The notes beneath the pieces were generated by a model. It had not been told where the DNA came from. It was given only the letters and a program-made list of their open reading frames with translations, and searched no databases. Below are positions 55,476-58,499 of a stretch of DNA of 58,499 nucleotides, piece after piece (the first letter of the stretch is position 1; the number at the start of each line of letters is the position of its first letter). Made by a program: the position numbers and the translations under genes. The DNA is from an uncultured bacterium. GTDB lineage: Bacteria > Zixibacteria > MSB-5A5 > SM1-73. The stretch is taken from contig CBDUQU010000002.1 in NCBI GenBank assembly GCA_965369445.1, positions 1 to 58,499 on the forward strand. The letters run 5' to 3'.

Positions 55476-56777
55476 GTGAAGAGAAATTCTACGGATCTCG
55501 GAATCACGCGAAAAGCGGTTAACGTTGTTATCGATTATTGGGGACATCTAAAGCTCTTCTCCAGGAATGCCCGGCTGTTTCTGGTCGGCATCTTCTTCGT
55601 GGGGTTGAACTGGGCCATCTTCATGTTGCTTCTGAATCTATATTTTAAAGAACTCGGCTTCACCGAAGATCTGATCGGAGAGGTTTTGTCTGCCACCGCT
55701 TGGGGAATGGCCATTATTTCGGTGCCAGCTGCCTTGCTCATTCCCAGACTTTCGATAAAAAAAATCTTGGTCTACTCGGTGTTCTTTGTCGGGTTTTTTT
55801 CCATTCTGCAGGCAACGGTGGTGGAACGAACGCCGCTTCTTGTGGTGAGCCTTATTCTTGGAATGGCCCGGAGTATTACCTGGGTGACGGCAGCTCCTTT
55901 CATGATGCGAAACAGTACCCCCAAGGAGAGAACCTATCTTTTCAGCTTGAATTTCGGCACCTATCTTGTAGCAGCGATAGTCGGGAGCGTGGCCGGTGGT
56001 TACCTGCCGGATTTATTCTCGCATTTCGCAGCCTCCAAAGCAATCGCTTTCCGGTATTCTCTTTACGTATCTGTGTTCCTTGGCGTCTTGGCTTTGATCC
56101 CGTTTCTTATGATGGCGCGGGAGAAAAAGGCCGAAGAAAAGTCTCGAGATAAAAAGGGATGGGACCGGAGGCTGTTGAAAGAGAGGGGAACTCTGCTTCT
56201 CAGGCTCTGTCTTCCTTATTTTATCGTAGGTATGGGGGCTGGCTTTGTCATTCCATTCCTGAATCTCTACTTCAGAGATCGGTTTCATCAGCCAGCCGGA
56301 ACCATCGGGATATATTTCGCCCTGGTGCAGTTCTTTATGCTGGGAGGAATATTGATCGGACCCCTTTTGTCCAAGAGATTCGGGATGATCAGAACTGTCG
56401 TCTCCACTCAGCTTGCCTCTATCCCCTTTATGCTGATTCTGGCGTTCTCCTACTATTTGCCGCTGGCGGTGGGGGCTTTTCTGTTCCGCGGCGCGCTGAT
56501 GAACATGGGGCAGCCCATTGCCACAAACTTCGCTATGGAGAAAGTAAAGGAGAAGGAACAGGCCCTGACCAACGCTTTGTTGATGCTCTCCTGGACCGGC
56601 TCCTGGGCCATAACCACCAACTTAGGGGGGAGGCTGATAAAGGCCTATGCTTTTACCCCGCCACTCCTTATCACGGTCGGGCTTTACGTTCTCTCCAGCA
56701 TTCTCTACTATATCTTCTTCTCCTCGGAAGAGGACAGGAAAATGGGGAAAGCAATTTTGCCTTTAAGGGAGACATAG
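55476..56777 (+). CDS. MFS transporter
   Basis: About 12 TM segments in a 6+6 arrangement with a central basic loop (REKKAEEKSRDKKGWDRR). GTG start. Confidence 0.8.
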   Translation: MKRNSTDLGITRKAVNVVIDYWGHLKLFSRNARLFLVGIFFVGLNWAIFMLLLNLYFKELGFTEDLIGEVLSATAWGMAIISVPAALLIPRLSIKKILVYSVFFVGFFSILQATVVERTPLLVVSLILGMARSITWVTAAPFMMRNSTPKERTYLFSLNFGTYLVAAIVGSVAGGYLPDLFSHFAASKAIAFRYSLYVSVFLGVLALIPFLMMAREKKAEEKSRDKKGWDRRLLKERGTLLLRLCLPYFIVGMGAGFVIPFLNLYFRDRFHQPAGTIGIYFALVQFFMLGGILIGPLLSKRFGMIRTVVSTQLASIPFMLILAFSYYLPLAVGAFLFRGALMNMGQPIATNFAMEKVKEKEQALTNALLMLSWTGSWAITTNLGGRLIKAYAFTPPLLITVGLYVLSSILYYIFFSSEEDRKMGKAILPLRET

Positions 56778-56796
56778 AGTGGCAGTGAGTTAGGCG

Positions 56797-56865
56797 TCAG
56801 GGCTGAATGCCCTGACCTGTGATGATATGAATAGCACTTTATCATAGAGGCGGGAATTCATCCCG
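56797..56865. repeat. Composite REP-like element (R2 plus R1 hairpins), second copy
   Basis: gtcagggctgaatgccctgac at 56797-56817 and ggcgggaattcatcccg at 56849-56865, immediately after the MFS stop. Confidence 0.65.
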
Positions 56866-57105
56866 TCCAATGTTCACGTCCCTCCGCGGAATCTTCGCCC
56901 ACGAGCATGTTGTCTGATGCCGGGTAGTAGACAGCGGAGCGTCAGATCTGCCTGAAGGCAGATACTCCAAACACCTTGTGATCAGGTAGATTCTTGTTGC
57001 CAGCACAGGAAAAGCCGTTATTTTACAGATAGAGCTTCAGTGTATTTCAAGATACATCAAGATGAGATGACGTTGTCATTTTCAATCTTGGAGTAGGAGG
57101 TTTGC

Positions 57106-58499
57106 GTGTCAGAGAGGCGGGTATTTGTAGTGGCAGTTCTGACCTTACTACCGCTATTCTGGGCTTTGTCCGCTTTAGCGGAGATGATTGTGGATACCGC
57201 TTGGGTACGGACATACGACGGGGAAGGCTGGTATGACTTCGCCGAAGCCATAGCCGTAGATGGTTCCGGCAATGTCTACGTGGCCGGCATGACCGCCGAC
57301 AGCACGTTCTCCTTCGATTATGCCACGGTGAAATATTACCCCAACGGCGATACTGCCTGGGCAAGAACATACAACGGGCCGGGAGACGGCTGGGACGTCG
57401 TATCCGGAATGGCGGTCGACAGTTCCTCAAACGTGTATGTGACGGGATTCAGCAGGGACAGTACCGCGGGCGATGACTGCACCACCATAAAATACTATCC
57501 CGACGGAGACATCGCCTGGGTGAAAAGGTATGACGGGTCGGCTGGCTTAGGGGATTATGCCCACGCCATCACTGTGGATGACTCCGGCTACGTGTATACT
57601 ACCGGCTGCTCCTTTGATACTGCGACCTACTCCGGTTCTAACAGCAATTACGTCACCATAAAGTACCATCCCGGAGGAGATACCGCCTGGGTGAGAAGAT
57701 ACGATGGACCCGGGTCCTCCAAGGACGTAGCCCAGGCCATAGCCGTGGACGGGTTTGGGAATGTGTACGTGACCGGGGCAAGCAAGAGCCGGGAATCGTT
57801 CGAGGACTATGCCACCATAAGGTACTATCCGAATGGAGACACCGCCTGGGTGAGACGGTACGACGGACCAGCGTACCTTCGGGACGAGGCTTTTTCGATA
57901 GACGTGGATGCTTCCGGAAATGTGTGTGCGACCGGATGGAGCTGGAATGGAACAGATTACGATTACGCCACTATCAAGTACTACCCGAACGGAGATACTG
58001 CATGGGTCAGACGGTACGACGGTCCCGGACACCTTCTGGACTCAGCGGTTGCGGTGGTGATGGATGGGTGGGGTAATGTGTATGTGACCGGGAGCAGTTG
58101 GATAACCCAGACCGATTGCGACTATCTTACGATAAAGTACTCTCCAAACGGGAACATTTCCTGGGTGAGAAGGTTCGACTGTCCGGCAAACGGAGTGGAG
58201 CATGCCTGCGCCATGGCCATGGATGATGCCGGCAACTTATACGTGGCCGGAACAAGCGATTGGCTTGGGGTGGGTCATGATTACGTTACAGTGAAGTACG
58301 ATTCCTCGGGGCGCGAGCTCTGGGTGAGACGATACAACGGGCCGGACGATGGTCCGGATGTGGCCTCTGCCATAGCGGTGGATGACTATGGCAATGTCTA
58401 CGTTACAGGGACCAGCAGGAACAGTGGATCGCGAGAAGATTTCGTGACGGTGCAATACGTTCAGACCGGTTTGTGGCGGGGTGATGCGAATGTAGATGG
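57106..58499 (+). CDS. Secreted SBBP beta-propeller repeat protein, 3'-truncated by the window; a dockerin-like segment begins at the end
   Basis: Not in the ORF track because there is no stop in the window. GTG at 57106 follows SD ggagg. Signal peptide VAVLTLLPLFWALSALA. At least 8 repeats of W.R.Y(D/N)G......A.AI.VD..GNVYV(T/A)G. The last codons read GDANVDG. Confidence 0.75.
   Translation, partial: MSERRVFVVAVLTLLPLFWALSALAEMIVDTAWVRTYDGEGWYDFAEAIAVDGSGNVYVAGMTADSTFSFDYATVKYYPNGDTAWARTYNGPGDGWDVVSGMAVDSSSNVYVTGFSRDSTAGDDCTTIKYYPDGDIAWVKRYDGSAGLGDYAHAITVDDSGYVYTTGCSFDTATYSGSNSNYVTIKYHPGGDTAWVRRYDGPGSSKDVAQAIAVDGFGNVYVTGASKSRESFEDYATIRYYPNGDTAWVRRYDGPAYLRDEAFSIDVDASGNVCATGWSWNGTDYDYATIKYYPNGDTAWVRRYDGPGHLLDSAVAVVMDGWGNVYVTGSSWITQTDCDYLTIKYSPNGNISWVRRFDCPANGVEHACAMAMDDAGNLYVAGTSDWLGVGHDYVTVKYDSSGRELWVRRYNGPDDGPDVASAIAVDDYGNVYVTGTSRNSGSREDFVTVQYVQTGLWRGDANVD

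Noticed and set aside
57047-58455. Three minus-strand ORFs (127, 161 and 72 aa)
   Set aside because: They are antisense to the clearly periodic SBBP-repeat reading frame on the + strand.

Overview
This 58.5-kb contig piece comes from a diderm bacterium. LptD/OstA, T9SS-type C-terminal sorting domains and cohesin/dockerin surface proteins suggest an uncultivated FCB-superphylum-like lineage, but that placement is an inference. All domain calls rest on motifs I recognise in the ORF translations; no searches were run.

Housekeeping content:
- deoB-cdd-deoC, nadC, birA, coaX
- CIRCE-groES-groEL
- lptD-like, galT, ruvX, mltG
- tRNA-Ser(GCT) and initiator tRNA-Met
- Wzi-like protein plus a polyprenyl-phosphate sugar transferase
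- an NMT1/SsuA-type ABC transporter, oligopeptidase B and an MFS transporter

Accessory or unusual content:
1. Both tRNA genes are followed by reiterated, interrupted copies of their own 3' parts. At tRNA-Ser these copies bracket two tandem GIY-YIG nuclease cassettes.
2. An XRE-Panacea(DUF4065) antitoxin is paired with a RelE/ParE-like toxin.
3. A four-module cohesin-like scaffoldin with a T9SS sorting domain sits with dockerin-bearing proteins.
4. A GT-C membrane protein gene, flanked by direct repeats, splits birA from coaX.
5. A gene-poor 36.8-39.8 kb stretch holds a duplicated promoter/leader, orphan genes and short tandem repeats.
6. A translationally coupled operon runs DRTGG, DRTGG-kinase, sensory-type [FeFe]-hydrogenase-like protein, NuoE, NuoF, a NuoG/FDH-like subunit without the catalytic Cys/Sec, NfnA and NfnB.

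Several families of short REP-like hairpin repeats fill the intergenic regions. I found no CRISPR array, rRNA, transposase or integrase.
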